Source: Basidiobolus meristosporus CBS 931.73
Taxonomy: Eukaryota; Fungi; Basidiobolomycota
NCBI GenBank assembly: GCA_002104905.1
Contig: MCFE01000055.1
Span: forward strand, 131,569 to 195,568
DNA: 64,000 nucleotides
Reading direction: 5' to 3'
Part shown: positions 39,825 through 51,439 of the stretch, in pieces
Layout of the letters: each line of letters starts with the position of its first letter
How positions within the stretch are numbered: the first letter of the stretch is position 1
Position numbers and translations under genes: made by a program
Notes under the pieces: generated by a model
The model's input: the letters and a program-made list of their open reading frames with translations, nothing else
Databases searched by the model: none
Told to the model about the DNA's origin: nothing

Positions 39825-40105
39825 TGTTGTAAATTTTGTAATTACACCTAAATATTCACCTAGCTCAGCCACTTGGATCATAGTCTACAAATTTTAGAGA
39901 ATTCTGGTCAGACTCCTTGCTGAGACTTACTTGGAATATTTTCACCAAAACATCAGGTACCCAGAGCATGAAGTATCAATAAGTTCTCCGCACAGCGCCA
40001 ATTCTTGCACACATGCTATTGGGACCTTCTTGAATATATTATACATGTTCGCTTTGCCAAGATCGTATATAAGTATAAATATTACTTTTACATTCAATAA
40101 GCAAT
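39825..40105 (+). mobile_element. 3'-truncated LTR of the same family
   Basis: Begins TGTTGTAAA and follows the young LTR closely (aaatattcacctag, aatattttcaccaaaa, ggtacccagagcatga, tacttttacattcaataa). Confidence 0.8.
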
Positions 40106-40351
40106 ATTTAGCATACCGACAAAAATGCTCTCAAGATGGATCAAAAAAGCTTTTCCTATAAGTTGGAAACTTTTGGGAGGGTTTGGGATATTTTGCAGCA
40201 TACAGCCTTATTGTATAAATGAAGAATACACGCACAATACACACTTGGTAAATAAACATCCGCTCCACAACAAAGAAAGCACTCTATCTCAGATATTGGG
40301 TAGCAAGTTACTGAACTAGTGATTTGTAACCAACAGAATTCAGCTGCTTCT

Positions 40352-40719
40352 TATTGTAAGAGTTTTGGAGATATTGAAAGTGATTGAGAGAGCAAGTAGA
40401 TTATGTGGTTTTCACTTGATGCTTTTTTGAATGTAAAAGTAGTATTCATACTCTTACATAGTCTGTGCAGAACAAATATCTGGAATATGCTTATGAAGGT
40501 CCTAAGAGCATGTGGACAAGTTGGCCCAAAAACATGTGTGCAAGGTTTGGGGCTGCTTAGACAACTAATCAAAATTTCATGTTCTAAGTATCTGATATTT
40601 TGCTGAAAATATTCTAAGCAAATCCCAACTAAAAACTTGCTCAGAACTCTCTAAGATTTGTAGGTAATGATCCAAGTGACTAAGGTGAATATCTAGGTGT
40701 AGTTACAAAGCTTACAACA
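40352..40719 (-). mobile_element. Solo LTR with 5-bp target-site duplication
   Basis: Full-length reverse-complement match to the young LTR, flanked on both sides by CTTCT (40347-40351 and 40720-40724). Confidence 0.88.
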
Positions 40720-40859
40720 CTTCTCTTGGCCTATGTGGTGCAAGTCTGGCATATGTGATTATATTAATTTAGTCCTTGAACCTAACTATTTCATGATCAA
40801 TATATCTGTTTGGCCCACTTTGGATACTTTCTTCAAACAATCAGTGGTATATTCTATTT

Positions 40860-41052
40860 CTAAGCTGTCCAAAAGCCCCCATACATTTCCCACGCTCTGT
40901 TGGGACATTTCCAATCACCTTTTCCAGATTGCTTTGCCAATATCTTATGCATATGTAAGTATAGTTTTTGTGTTTGATATATCATCAAGTGTATTTTGCA
41001 TGATCCACTAGCTCTCCTAATCATTTCCAATATATCAAAGATCCTCACAATA
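40860..41052 (+). mobile_element. Old, diverged 3' half of an LTR of the same family
   Basis: aagccccatacatttcccac...gggacattt and ctctcctaatcatttccaatatatcaaagatcctcacaata follow the LTR 3' half. Confidence 0.55.
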
Positions 41053-42416
41053 ATAAGTGAGTATAGAGAGTCTGGGAGCAGCAAGTGAGAGAAAACCTGG
41101 CAAGAATATCTGAGTGACACCAGAAAATTGCCACAAGAAAACCTTGAGCCTAGTTGTTTCCAAGAAATTACAAGTATACTACTGTAGGCAGTATAATGAC
41201 CCTGAGCCATATGCCATTACTATAAATTACATTTGCTTTTCCGCAACGCTTTGGCACAATGATTTTCGGTTGTCAATGGGGGGGGGGAGAATATCATCAA
41301 AAGCAGGCAGCGACAAGGTCAAAATAGAGGCAAAAAATTCAAATTGTGGTAAAAGAGCAAGGATGTAGAGGATATCGTATCGATCAGAAATTTCATTTAG
41401 GGGTTTGTAATCATGCAATCTGATTTTCGAGGAAACCCCAAATGGAATTCATATATATTATGATAAATCGAGCATTTACAAGTAGTTGCAATAATACCAT
41501 TTTAAAGAATGTCTATAGACATAAGAATAACAATTTCTTGCTATATCACGCTTAAGAAATGGACATGTACAGGAAGAAACCGATCGATAAACATAACATT
41601 CACTTTGAATAAGTCAAAGAGCGATTTCACTTCGTGGCCAAAAATCACCAAACAACATTAAAAGGATAAATACGATACTATCAATATTTACTTGATAACG
41701 CGTCATTAATATCAGTACAAGCATTTGGAATTCCGAGGTACTCTAGCAGAATCATACCAAAACCAAGAACGTTTGGACCAAAACAACACTTGGCTAACCG
41801 ATTCAATCTTACTTCCAACTGCAGCCACAATTACGCCCAACCATCCTGAACTATTGACTGGCAATGAAATTCACCCGTGAAAAACACATGGTGAAGTTCC
41901 TTGCATTATATGTCCGAAATGGTTCAGGATCACTCCAAAAACCTGCAAGCATCGCAGCACGGTAGCACACACTCGTCACATATCCAAACAGACACCTTTG
42001 GATGAGAAATTCAGTCAAGACCTGATGAGATTATTTGCTATGAACGGGGTTTCTTTTTTGGCTTCACCGGGTCGCACAATCATGGAGAGTCGTGTTACTG
42101 CAGGCTCGGTTGTGATCACAATCAAGTCGCAATATCAACCTAGGTTTTCATTTAAGTTAGGCTTGATAGGACAACTTGTGTGGGTTCAAAGATCAATAAC
42201 AGCTCAATATACTGGCGATCTTGTTCACCCAAGGATGGTGCTCTCGTAATACATAGTTCGACCCCTGGAAAGATCCAACACCACCAACCAATATCAAAAA
42301 CCCGAGAGATTCCCAACTGATCAGATCGTGTCCGTGAAGCGAGGCGTGACGAGTATTTAAAAGTGCCATTGGCACCCTTCAGCCCACTTGGTCTAGCTTC
42401 CAACGGCCATACTAGA

Positions 42417-43284
42417 ATGGATTATGAACACGAGATGTTTCCGCACACCATGAACATGGTGATATCTGCTTTGTCCATCCCTATAGGCTTGTCGAATACC
42501 ATCAAGAGCGTTAAAATGCTTCGATGCGAGAACGCGTTCATCTACCAGCTGAACCTGGCTCAATCCTTCATCCTCCTGGTAAGCAAATTGGCCCAATCCA
42601 TCTTTATCCTTGGTTATCTGTCCGAATGCCAGTTTGTAATCTTCTTCGCTGCGATAAGCTACTACCTGTCCACGATGCTAATCGAGGCAATCCTGATCAC
42701 CAAGGCATATTATGCCAACATGCGCTCCAAATTGATCATGGGGACTGGTGTTCTTATTGAGCTGGGTAGACTTTGCATCCACATCTTCATCTTAATTCAC
42801 ATCCAGGCCACGTATACGACCCTCGGATCCTGCTTCTCCTTTGGAACCAACACACTCTTCACCTTTCTCGTTGCTACCGAGGGATGTCTGGTCATCTTCT
42901 TGACCACAGCATTCATATGTGGGCTCTGGCGTATCTCCCGTGAACAGAGTAGTGGAATCTACTATAGCCTTATCAAAGATGGCCTGATCTATTTGCTTGG
43001 GATTTGTCTAGTGATTTCGATCATTATCTTGCTGATTGCTACCGACGTGGCGCCTCCCATCAATGGCTATTTCTTAGACTTCGGCTGTAAGTGAGCGTTT
43101 TTCAATGTACAGAGACTATGTAAAGAGACTGATAGGGCTTGTATTTCAAGGGGCCACTAGCTCCCAGCTCATAACCGAGCAACTTTACGAGTCTCATCGA
43201 CGACGAAAGAAAAGAAGCGACAGGATGAGCCGCAGTCACATCAACAGCGGCCAGGATTTTCTTTCGGACAGGCTGTATGAATAG
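42417..43284 (+). CDS. Orphan seven-transmembrane GPCR-like protein, 2 exons
   Basis: Seven hydrophobic segments, Cys at the top of TM3 (SECQ) and in loop 2 (GSCF). Intron 43087-43150 joins FLDFG to WATSSQLITEQL, followed by a basic tail. Confidence 0.7.
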
Positions 43285-46200
43285 TACGCCAGCGCATGTG
43301 GTTGGTATGTTGGAGGCTGTGTGGCGTACCCGTAGGGGTTCATTGCGACGAGCACGAATGCGGCTAATGTGTAGTGAGCCATCGAAGTCTGCTAGATTGG
43401 CTAGTAAAATAAATGTTTGATAGAAGCAATTAGTCCTGCAAAGGCGATTGAATGGTCGTACAGGCTCTTGAACATATCGGTACGGCACCTTATTTGAACC
43501 AAACATGTGGTACAGCACGTTGTCTATGACCAGAATAACGCTATGCTGTCTGAATCATGAATCCAACAAGATTTTCACCTTTCTGATTTGCAACATCAAT
43601 AGCTGTTCTCACCGTACATCATGCGTATATAGCTTGGTGGAACAGAATAGTGATTCGGCGGCCCAATTTATCTACATCTCCTCCCTATATGTCATGATAA
43701 TCTCTCAGGATTACTCCCTAGCACATAATTGGCGTATGGAAGGTTGGTTAGATGAATCTAGAGTAGATGGTAATTACCTTGGGGTTGCAGCGGTTTCCCG
43801 CCCATATCACTTCCATTGGTTAGCCGGAATTGGGTCGCCCATATGAAAATATCCCGGTTGTTGAGGGTTCAGGCCATCGTGCTACTTGGCTGCCCTGTTG
43901 CAGAGGAGTTGGCGAGCCGTAGGGAATTGATGGGCCGTGGCATGGTGAGATTTCGTCCTGGAGCTTTTTCATTTTGGAGCCCGATTCGTACGACAATCTC
44001 CACTGATTCTAGCGAGATTAACCCATACTCGAGAGTGATTTGTGTTGACGATTTGTGTCCGAAAATGAGCTATATGTAGCTATGATGATCTTCATGCCAA
44101 CGTGGTATGTTTCCAGTGTCTCACTGAGCTGATTGGAGCCTCGCATTTTAGTCGATTCCTCTGCAACAAGCCAGCCACGAGATACACAATCCACTGACTT
44201 ACTCCAGACAGCGTTGACACACTCCAGGTCAAGCCAGTGTAGTTCTGCACGAGTATATTCCACGAAGATCCGAGATCACACTGATATATCCTCATATTCC
44301 GGGTTGTTTGAGATCTGCTGGTTGGGCCGTGGACTGTAATGACAATAGATCGTTTATTAAATGGCACTGATGGTGATGCTAATTCCTAGATTCCCGACTG
44401 CCTTATGAGGGTTGATTTGGCAGAGAACGCAGCGAACGGTGCCAACTTGACCGTTATAAATCGAGGCAGTCGAAGCCAATTCGCTGCTCACAGAGACTTC
44501 AAGTGCAACCTAATAACAAGGAAATAGATCCACCCATCTGTTGCCTCAACAGCTAGAGGTGTATACCACCTGTGGCTATAATGGTTTTCTCGTAGTGCGA
44601 GCCATTTCCTACTGTAGGCAAACTAATTAGCTCCAGCCGCTTTCATTGATGATGGAACGCGCGGTACGAGTTCCTAAAAAGTCATCTCTACCCAATAGGT
44701 AGCACACATGGCGATACACACCGGCTGTGATCAAGCGTAGTGAATAACATAACTGTGGTAGGCTATTTGAGTCTAAAAAGGTCACATTTGGGGTTCTTGC
44801 TTTGGAAGTCATCGAGGTAATCAGGTTCACAGTACGCTGAGCAAACCAATATAGTCCCCGTAAAATGATCACGAGGGTTTGGGCTTAGATCGGGTGATAT
44901 GAATAGGCCAAAAGCCTGTTGTGGCACATTCGTCTAATAGCTTACTGGAAGCACTCTATCGCGTTGATCCTTTTTTGCACTTGGGTACTTTCATCACAAG
45001 ATGATCAGGAAGTACGTAGACTAGGACAATCATGCACTTCTAGAAGCAAAGAAATTTCGATCTTTGTGTACGGGGTATCATTGCTAGTAAGGCTCAAGCA
45101 TGTATCTATTTCCGTATGATACTTTCAAATATTGACCGATGCTCGTACTATCACCAGTGCGCAGCCATACTTTGCAGCGATCAGCTATATACAGATTGCG
45201 ATAGTTGACTAGATGTACAATATATACTATACGCGAACAATCAGTGTTTTTTATCAAACCTAAAGGCATCAAGACCTGCAATCTGAGCCGGGGGGAAATA
45301 GGTCAACAGAAGCACAAAGATGCCAAGTGGTTGATTCTGCAGATATCTAATATAGATGTATTTTGAGATTTCCGCATATTAGATAGTTCAGAAGCAAGAT
45401 TTCCCAGTCGTTAATACTCCTAGGTATTGTAGTTTTCAAAGGATGCCAAACCGCTAACCCAGTGTATCTTTTGCCCACCAGTTTGAAGTGTTGTAGAGCA
45501 GTGGCTCCATCTTCTGTCTTCAAAACGTCCTTGGGTTCACCAACATGGAATCTTTGAAAAATAATTGCAATGTGTTGACAATATATCATCTAACTGTTAC
45601 ATATACAGGTATGGAATTCTCCAATTTCAATTCACATTCAAACCTCAAGCTTTTAGAAGAATCTGGCTTACATCCACACCAGCAGGGCTAGTAATGGCAA
45701 CTGTTTGATCATTCTGATAATGTATAGCGTTTTACATTTTTTTGTACTAAATGGTAGACACGCTGATATCAATCCGATAGATGATCCACAAAGGTATGTC
45801 AGGTAACTTACCTCAAGGTTGCTGCCTCTATGAGCATGTATTCGTCTCATTGTTTGAGCTTTGAATGGTAGAAATGCTGTGGAATAGGTGGATATTCCCT
45901 CCTATTCATGGTCGGCCCATAGTGTTATCGGTCTAGCACATTCTTTGAAAGTAGAAATGCTTGGAATTGTTCTTCTGAACTAGATGCATAATTCATTACG
46001 AATTGGATGAATGCCATGGACCACCAGATGTGCTTTGTGTATACCGGACGCTAATTTCGTAGGTGGTGCACACCTCAGACGATTTGGTTATGTCGTGCAG
46101 GAAACCCAGGTTTGGTTTTGGATCACACGCTGGCTATTTGTTCGCTGTAGTGGCTAAGCCACCATACAAAGAAAATGGTTTTCTATGGAAGCGATCTTGG

Positions 46201-46513
46201 TGAATTAATAAGGCGTATGGAAAGGAAGGCTCTCCCGCAAATTACGTTTCAAACTCCTATTCCCGCCCTCTTCATTCAGTGGCGTACAATTTGGTGGGAA
46301 CATTATTATGTTTGGGCTTGCGTCATGTAATTTGTTCAATTAATCAGGTGTCTGTGTCTTACTCGTGACCGGTACAACGTGTTGCCATCCTTTTAAACAA
46401 CAGTCACCACTCTGCTCTCTCTTACAAGAGCAGTCTTTAGTAGTGTTTCCCTTCCAACACTACGCATATACAAACTACCCATCTACAGACATCAACCCCA
46501 GGATTCCTTTCAA

Positions 46514-47967
46514 ATGCCGACAAGCCTTGATATGGAAGCGCAACTCAAGGAATCAATCGCTTATTTGAAAACCTTGACAGCAGTGCGGGAGAGATCGCAG
46601 CAAATATTTGACCTTGTCACCAAGAAAGACAAAGGGCACTTTGCCGTTCACTTGAATAAACTAGAGAATGTTGCGGACTTCGTCCTAGATATTATCATGC
46701 GAGATTACGATTCACCTAAAGAAGTGCCTCCCCATAGTCGTTGGAGACATTTTGATGTTGGAGGTGTTCCACGGGTTCAGCAGCTGATTGATTCCTGGTC
46801 CGGTAAAGCGGAGAAGCCCGAGTTGACCCGAAGAATACTAGACCTATTTGTTGTGTCGGTGCTGTTGGATGCAGGTGCTGGAAATGTTTGGACTTACAAA
46901 GAGTCTAGTACTGGAAGTGTCTTCAATCGTTCCGAAGGACTCGCCATAGCTTCATTGGCTATGTTCAATTCGGGTGCATTTTCGAGCGATCCTAATCAAC
47001 CATATCAAGTAGACGCCGCTGCCTTACGGAAACTGACAGTAGGCCAGCTCAGCGATGGCTTCCAGGTGTCCGAAAAGAATCCGTTGGAAGGATTGCAAGG
47101 CCGTTGCGAGCTACTCAACCGACTAGGAGAGGCACTGCAGAACAACCCGCAGTATTTCGGCAAAAAAGAAAATGGTGAACCGAGACCAGGAAATCTGCTG
47201 GATTATCTGCTAAGCATCGCCAAAAACAACCTGTCCGTCCCGATCGATAGATTGTGGGAGGCAGTCATAACCGGCTTCTCTCAAGTGTGGCCTTCCACCA
47301 GAACCGTCATCAATGGTGAATCGCTGGGTGACGTATGGCCGTCAGACATTCTGAAAGGTATTGAAGGCAAAGGTCTCCCTACCGACGAGCTAGTACCGTT
47401 CCATAAGTTGTCTCAATGGCTCACGTACTCTCTGATGGAACCCATGACCAAGGTGATGGGAATCAAATTCGAGCAAGTTCAGAAAATGACTGGTCTTCCG
47501 GAATATCGGAATGGTAAGACGCATGGCATCGAACTTCAATAGCATTGGTATTCACGGATATTTTAGGTGGATTGTTTGTAGATCTTGGAGTATTGACCCT
47601 CAAGGACAATGACCAAGAGAGAGGGCTTGCACAAAGTGATCAATCAGGGAAAGAGACCGTGCCCAAATTTGCTCCCTTCGATCCTGTGGTAGTAGAATGG
47701 AGAGCTTTGACAATCGTTCTCTTGGATATGACAGCAGAAAAAATCCGGGAGAAACTTGGGGTGAACAGCGAGGAGCTGCAACTGGCATCTATACTGGAAG
47801 GCGGAACTTGGAAAGTAAGTCGTTAGTTAGGCTATGTCGTGGTGAACGCATTGGACCCAATCTGATTGCGATCTATCAATTAGGCCGGCCGTGAGATTGC
47901 TGCCCAACTTCGCCCCCAGACGAAGGGCCCTCCTATTGCAATCGTTTCCGATGGTACCGTTTTTTAG
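46514..47967 (+). CDS. URC4: URC4/Urg3 (DUF1688) uracil catabolism protein, 3 exons
   Basis: VPPHSRWRHF, VSVLLDAGAG.W, RSEGLA.AS, LVPFHKLSQWLTYSL.EP, TGLPEYRNGGLFVD, VEWRALT, LEGGTWKAGREIA and terminal SDGTVF*. Confidence 0.92.
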
Positions 47968-48090
47968 GAGCTAGCAACAGCTGTCACCCATGGTATTCCA
48001 ACAAAACCCAGTTATATACGTTGCTGCATATGGTTTAATTGCCAATTAAATATGATCTGTAAATCATCTTCGTAAATGTCTTGTCAGTCT

Positions 48091-48092
<2 letters not shown>

Positions 48093-48121
<29 letters not shown>
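48093..48121 (+). repeat. (GT)14 microsatellite
   Basis: Perfect GT dinucleotide run between the convergent URC4 and YccF genes. Confidence 0.95.
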
Positions 48122-48123
<2 letters not shown>

Positions 48124-48407
48124 GATGAGAGTGGCGCAGAAGAGGCAACAAATAAGAGAATGCGATAGTTCGGCTCTAAGCAGTTGTGACTGCTGAATAG
48201 GACAGGCCATTCCATATCTGGTGAATCGTAATTCAAAGATACAGGACAACATTTGGCTTCCCGGGTTTACAGCACGTCTTTATTAGTATTTATGAACAGA
48301 ATACGGAAGAATTTAATTGTATGGGACATTGCAGATAGGTCTTATTACAACGAATATGTAACATTAGATTAAGGCTCAGTGTATGCACACTCAATCGTAT
48401 CAATGAT

Positions 48408-48803
48408 TTAAGGGATTTGTTCCATGCCCTCCTCGCCAATGTGCTGACCGAACGGCCATAGAGAAAGCTTCGCAAGTTTCCAATGTTGCATCGCGAAGGG
48501 GAAACCGATGATGGTGACGGCAAAAACCAGTGCGAAAGATAAGTGAAGTAAGAATGCTTCCCAACCTAACAAGAAAAGCCAAAGAACGTTCATCACGAGG
48601 CGAATGCCGTCAACGTCAATTCGAGGATTGAGTTGTTGCTCGAAAGGGAAGAGGGCAAGAATGCTGAGTTTGAAGCATTCATAGCCAAATGGAATACCGA
48701 CAATCGTTAACATACACAGAATACCACCCAAAAGGTAATATAGGCCAAAAATCCATCCGCCAAGGACAATCCAAAGAATGTTTCCAACTACTCCGATGAT
48801 CAT
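48408..48803 (-). CDS. Standalone two-repeat YccF-domain membrane protein, intronless
   Basis: Two copies of the YccF motif: GNILWIVLGGW...TIVGIPFG..CFKL...ALFPF and NVLWLFLLGW...TIIGFPFA.QHWKLAKLSLWPFG. Confidence 0.85.
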   Translation of the reverse strand: MIIGVVGNILWIVLGGWIFGLYYLLGGILCMLTIVGIPFGYECFKLSILALFPFEQQLNPRIDVDGIRLVMNVLWLFLLGWEAFLLHLSFALVFAVTIIGFPFAMQHWKLAKLSLWPFGQHIGEEGMEQIP

Positions 48804-50011
48804 TGCGAAGATTACTGTGGCAGGGTTTAGTGAAAAAGAGAAAAGAACGAAGCAACTGTCGATTCACCCGCATATAGGCACTTATATATAGCGAGCCAAT
48901 CGTAGTCAGTGACGTCACGGTTACCATCATCGCCTATTACGATTAGAAAGGTTAGCATGTGAGCTATATGTCTGAAAGTATTCTAATCGAATTCTAGTTG
49001 GGCAGCAGTGTTCTACATATTCAGGGCGTTACATGTATGCTGCGTCATCATTGATTATACTCAACTCAGTTTAGTATCTATTACCATAACATACTTGATT
49101 TGGACTGGAGCGTGCTCATCATCAATGAACTAAGCATAAGAAGTACACATCAACATTTGCATAGCTCGCAGTTTAAACTAGGTGACCAATATGACTATGC
49201 TTACCTGGATTTGCAAGAACGTGTCTATTGCCACAGTTTGTTTCAACTATAGCGGTAACTTGGACGGCAATATCTTGACATTGATATTTGCTAGTTAGTT
49301 TAGTTAATAGGGGTGGATCGCGATTTTTCAAAAATGTCAAGAACATCATTGCCGTATTTACATTTCGCTCACTAAATGCCCCATAAATATTGGGGAGACT
49401 CTTGCTTCAAATTAAGGACAATAGGGGCTGCGATCAGAGTTCATAGCAGGCTATCTAGCCTTTGTGATGCATGTTCACCGATTCTTCTCACCCCACCCTT
49501 CAAATATGCATCTTCATACGGGTGTGCACAGCCTGGAATAGCCTAGCACGCAGAAATGCCAAGCTTTCATTGCTTTGTAAATTGCTTTTACCCAATATGG
49601 CAGAACGGGTTATGCTGCGCCATCAATCGTCATCAACTTGCACGAGATTTCATGCACGATCCTTTAATTTGCTTTCATTACTACCCTAAACCAAACTCTA
49701 CACCACAGCGATGCTACCACTTTCCCAACGAATCCAAGGTTAAGTACATAAAAAGTAATCCAGTCTGTACAAGATACATGGAAAAACTCATAATGAATCA
49801 GAATCAAGGCTACTATCCAATATCAATGTTGTATTACTCACCATAATATTATCGCCGAAATTAAAAGTTCTTGTATCAAGGCCTAAATCACCAGCTGTGG
49901 CAAAGTAAAGCGCTCTGCACTATCCTTTTGCCTAAGGGTGGCATCGACAATGGACTGGGGATACATTATTCATTACAGCAATAAAGAGCAACTGTGTCCG
50001 AAATGCTGTTC

Positions 50012-51439
50012 TTAACCAAGATTCTTCAATTCCATGTCCGCCTCGTGACTTTCTAGTACCATGGTGTATGGATATTCCTGTTGGAGAAAACGTTTGAAGG
50101 TGTGCTGATACATCAGAAGCTTTACTTCGGTTAAGGCTTGGTCCAGCATGTCAAGCGCGTATTCATCCTCACGGATCTTTCTTTCAATCTCAGCGACGAT
50201 TTCGCCCTTGAGATTTACTTGGTAGTCAGAGTCCATCTGGATAAACGTTTCATATATAGATTTTAGTTCGGCTCGAATCTCAACTGGTAGTCGATCTTCC
50301 TTGGCAGGGTCGTGATTTTTAACGAAGGCAGTAGGAGTAGTTCTCAATCTGAGGTAGCGTTCGTAGAATAGTGCGTTCTCGATACTGAAGTCCTTGACAG
50401 TAAACGCCTTGAATTTTTCGAAGAGAATGGGGTGTTCCAGAACTTCCTCAAAGCTGGGCAATTTACGCCCATTCAGATAATTCTTAGCTCTCTTGTTAGT
50501 TTGATAGATTTCGACCAATGGTAAGCCACAGTTTAGGAGATGTATGGACCACAAAGTACAAAAGCCCCAGGTACCTACCGGTATTATGGCTCGCACATCG
50601 TATAGGGCAGGAGTATAACTAAAGAGTAAATGCAAGAAGAACCCTGTCCCGGTTGCCATTACTATAAGGGATAACTCCTTGACAATGTTATATGCATCGG
50701 AGACGCCTCGGATATATCGGATAACTATACTGCCGAACAAGAAAATCTCGCAGGAGCCGATTACATACACAGGGATGTACTCCCAGCCATTGAAACAGTC
50801 CAATCGCAGAGGCGCAGTGAAGCTGTAGTTCTGGGTGAATGCTTGTACGGCCACAGTTAGTGCAATATGGAATAGAGTAAGTCCGCCAAGAATGCGAATG
50901 AGGAATCGATCCTCAAAGATATAGGAGTGGCGCTGAATCCAATTACTTTCAATATCGTAGTCTTGCGATAGCTTGAGATTTGTTGAGGAATCGATGGTCA
51001 GGAGCACGATAGAAGGCTCGTTCCCTTGGTCTTTGTTGGATTGGATGGAATTGGTTTTACTTTTTTCCTTCAACCCTTCCTGGCGGCGTCTTTCTGCCTT
51101 CAATTTGGCTAGCGATGATCGATAGAGATAGGTGACACGAAGGAACTTCCCGACGGTAGTCAACATCGTCACTGGTGTTAATAGAGAGCCGAACCATAGA
51201 GTAACAAAGCACGGTAGGAAACTGGCAAATACGGGGCCCATTAGGTAAACTGTGGAGAGCACGATGTTTGCAGCAACCCCAATCATGGTAATCAACAAAC
51301 TACGAGATCGAATACCGGGATGCTCGCGGTACTTCCAGAAGAAGAATGTGGTAATCAGGACAGAAGACACATACAGTACGTATACCACAAATATGGATGC
51401 TTTCTGCCCGTTGGAGACAGGGAAATCCTCGGTAGCCAT
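50012..51439 (-). CDS. 7TM-RGS protein (GprK/AtRGS1-like architecture), intronless
   Basis: Seven hydrophobic helices, then an RGS domain: FEEVLEHPILFEKFKAFTVKDFSIENALFY...IYETFI...YQVNL...TFKRF. Confidence 0.88.
   Translation of the reverse strand: MATEDFPVSNGQKASIFVVYVLYVSSVLITTFFFWKYREHPGIRSRSLLITMIGVAANIVLSTVYLMGPVFASFLPCFVTLWFGSLLTPVTMLTTVGKFLRVTYLYRSSLAKLKAERRRQEGLKEKSKTNSIQSNKDQGNEPSIVLLTIDSSTNLKLSQDYDIESNWIQRHSYIFEDRFLIRILGGLTLFHIALTVAVQAFTQNYSFTAPLRLDCFNGWEYIPVYVIGSCEIFLFGSIVIRYIRGVSDAYNIVKELSLIVMATGTGFFLHLLFSYTPALYDVRAIIPVGTWGFCTLWSIHLLNCGLPLVEIYQTNKRAKNYLNGRKLPSFEEVLEHPILFEKFKAFTVKDFSIENALFYERYLRLRTTPTAFVKNHDPAKEDRLPVEIRAELKSIYETFIQMDSDYQVNLKGEIVAEIERKIREDEYALDMLDQALTEVKLLMYQHTFKRFLQQEYPYTMVLESHEADMELKNLG

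Noticed and set aside
39931-40606. ORFs resembling the first ~44 aa of the 59674 ORF (also 58244-58543)
   Set aside because: They are translations of LTR DNA, not proteins; true Gag starts at 59833 (or 59806).
43800-44400. CDLGSSW, an Asp-box-like motif in overlapping minus-strand ORFs
   Set aside because: Single occurrence; Asp-box proteins have several, and no gene model could be built.
45340-46200. Possible LINE remnant (AIIFQRFHVG; QNLGF)
   Set aside because: Too degenerate, with no YADD or QG motif found.
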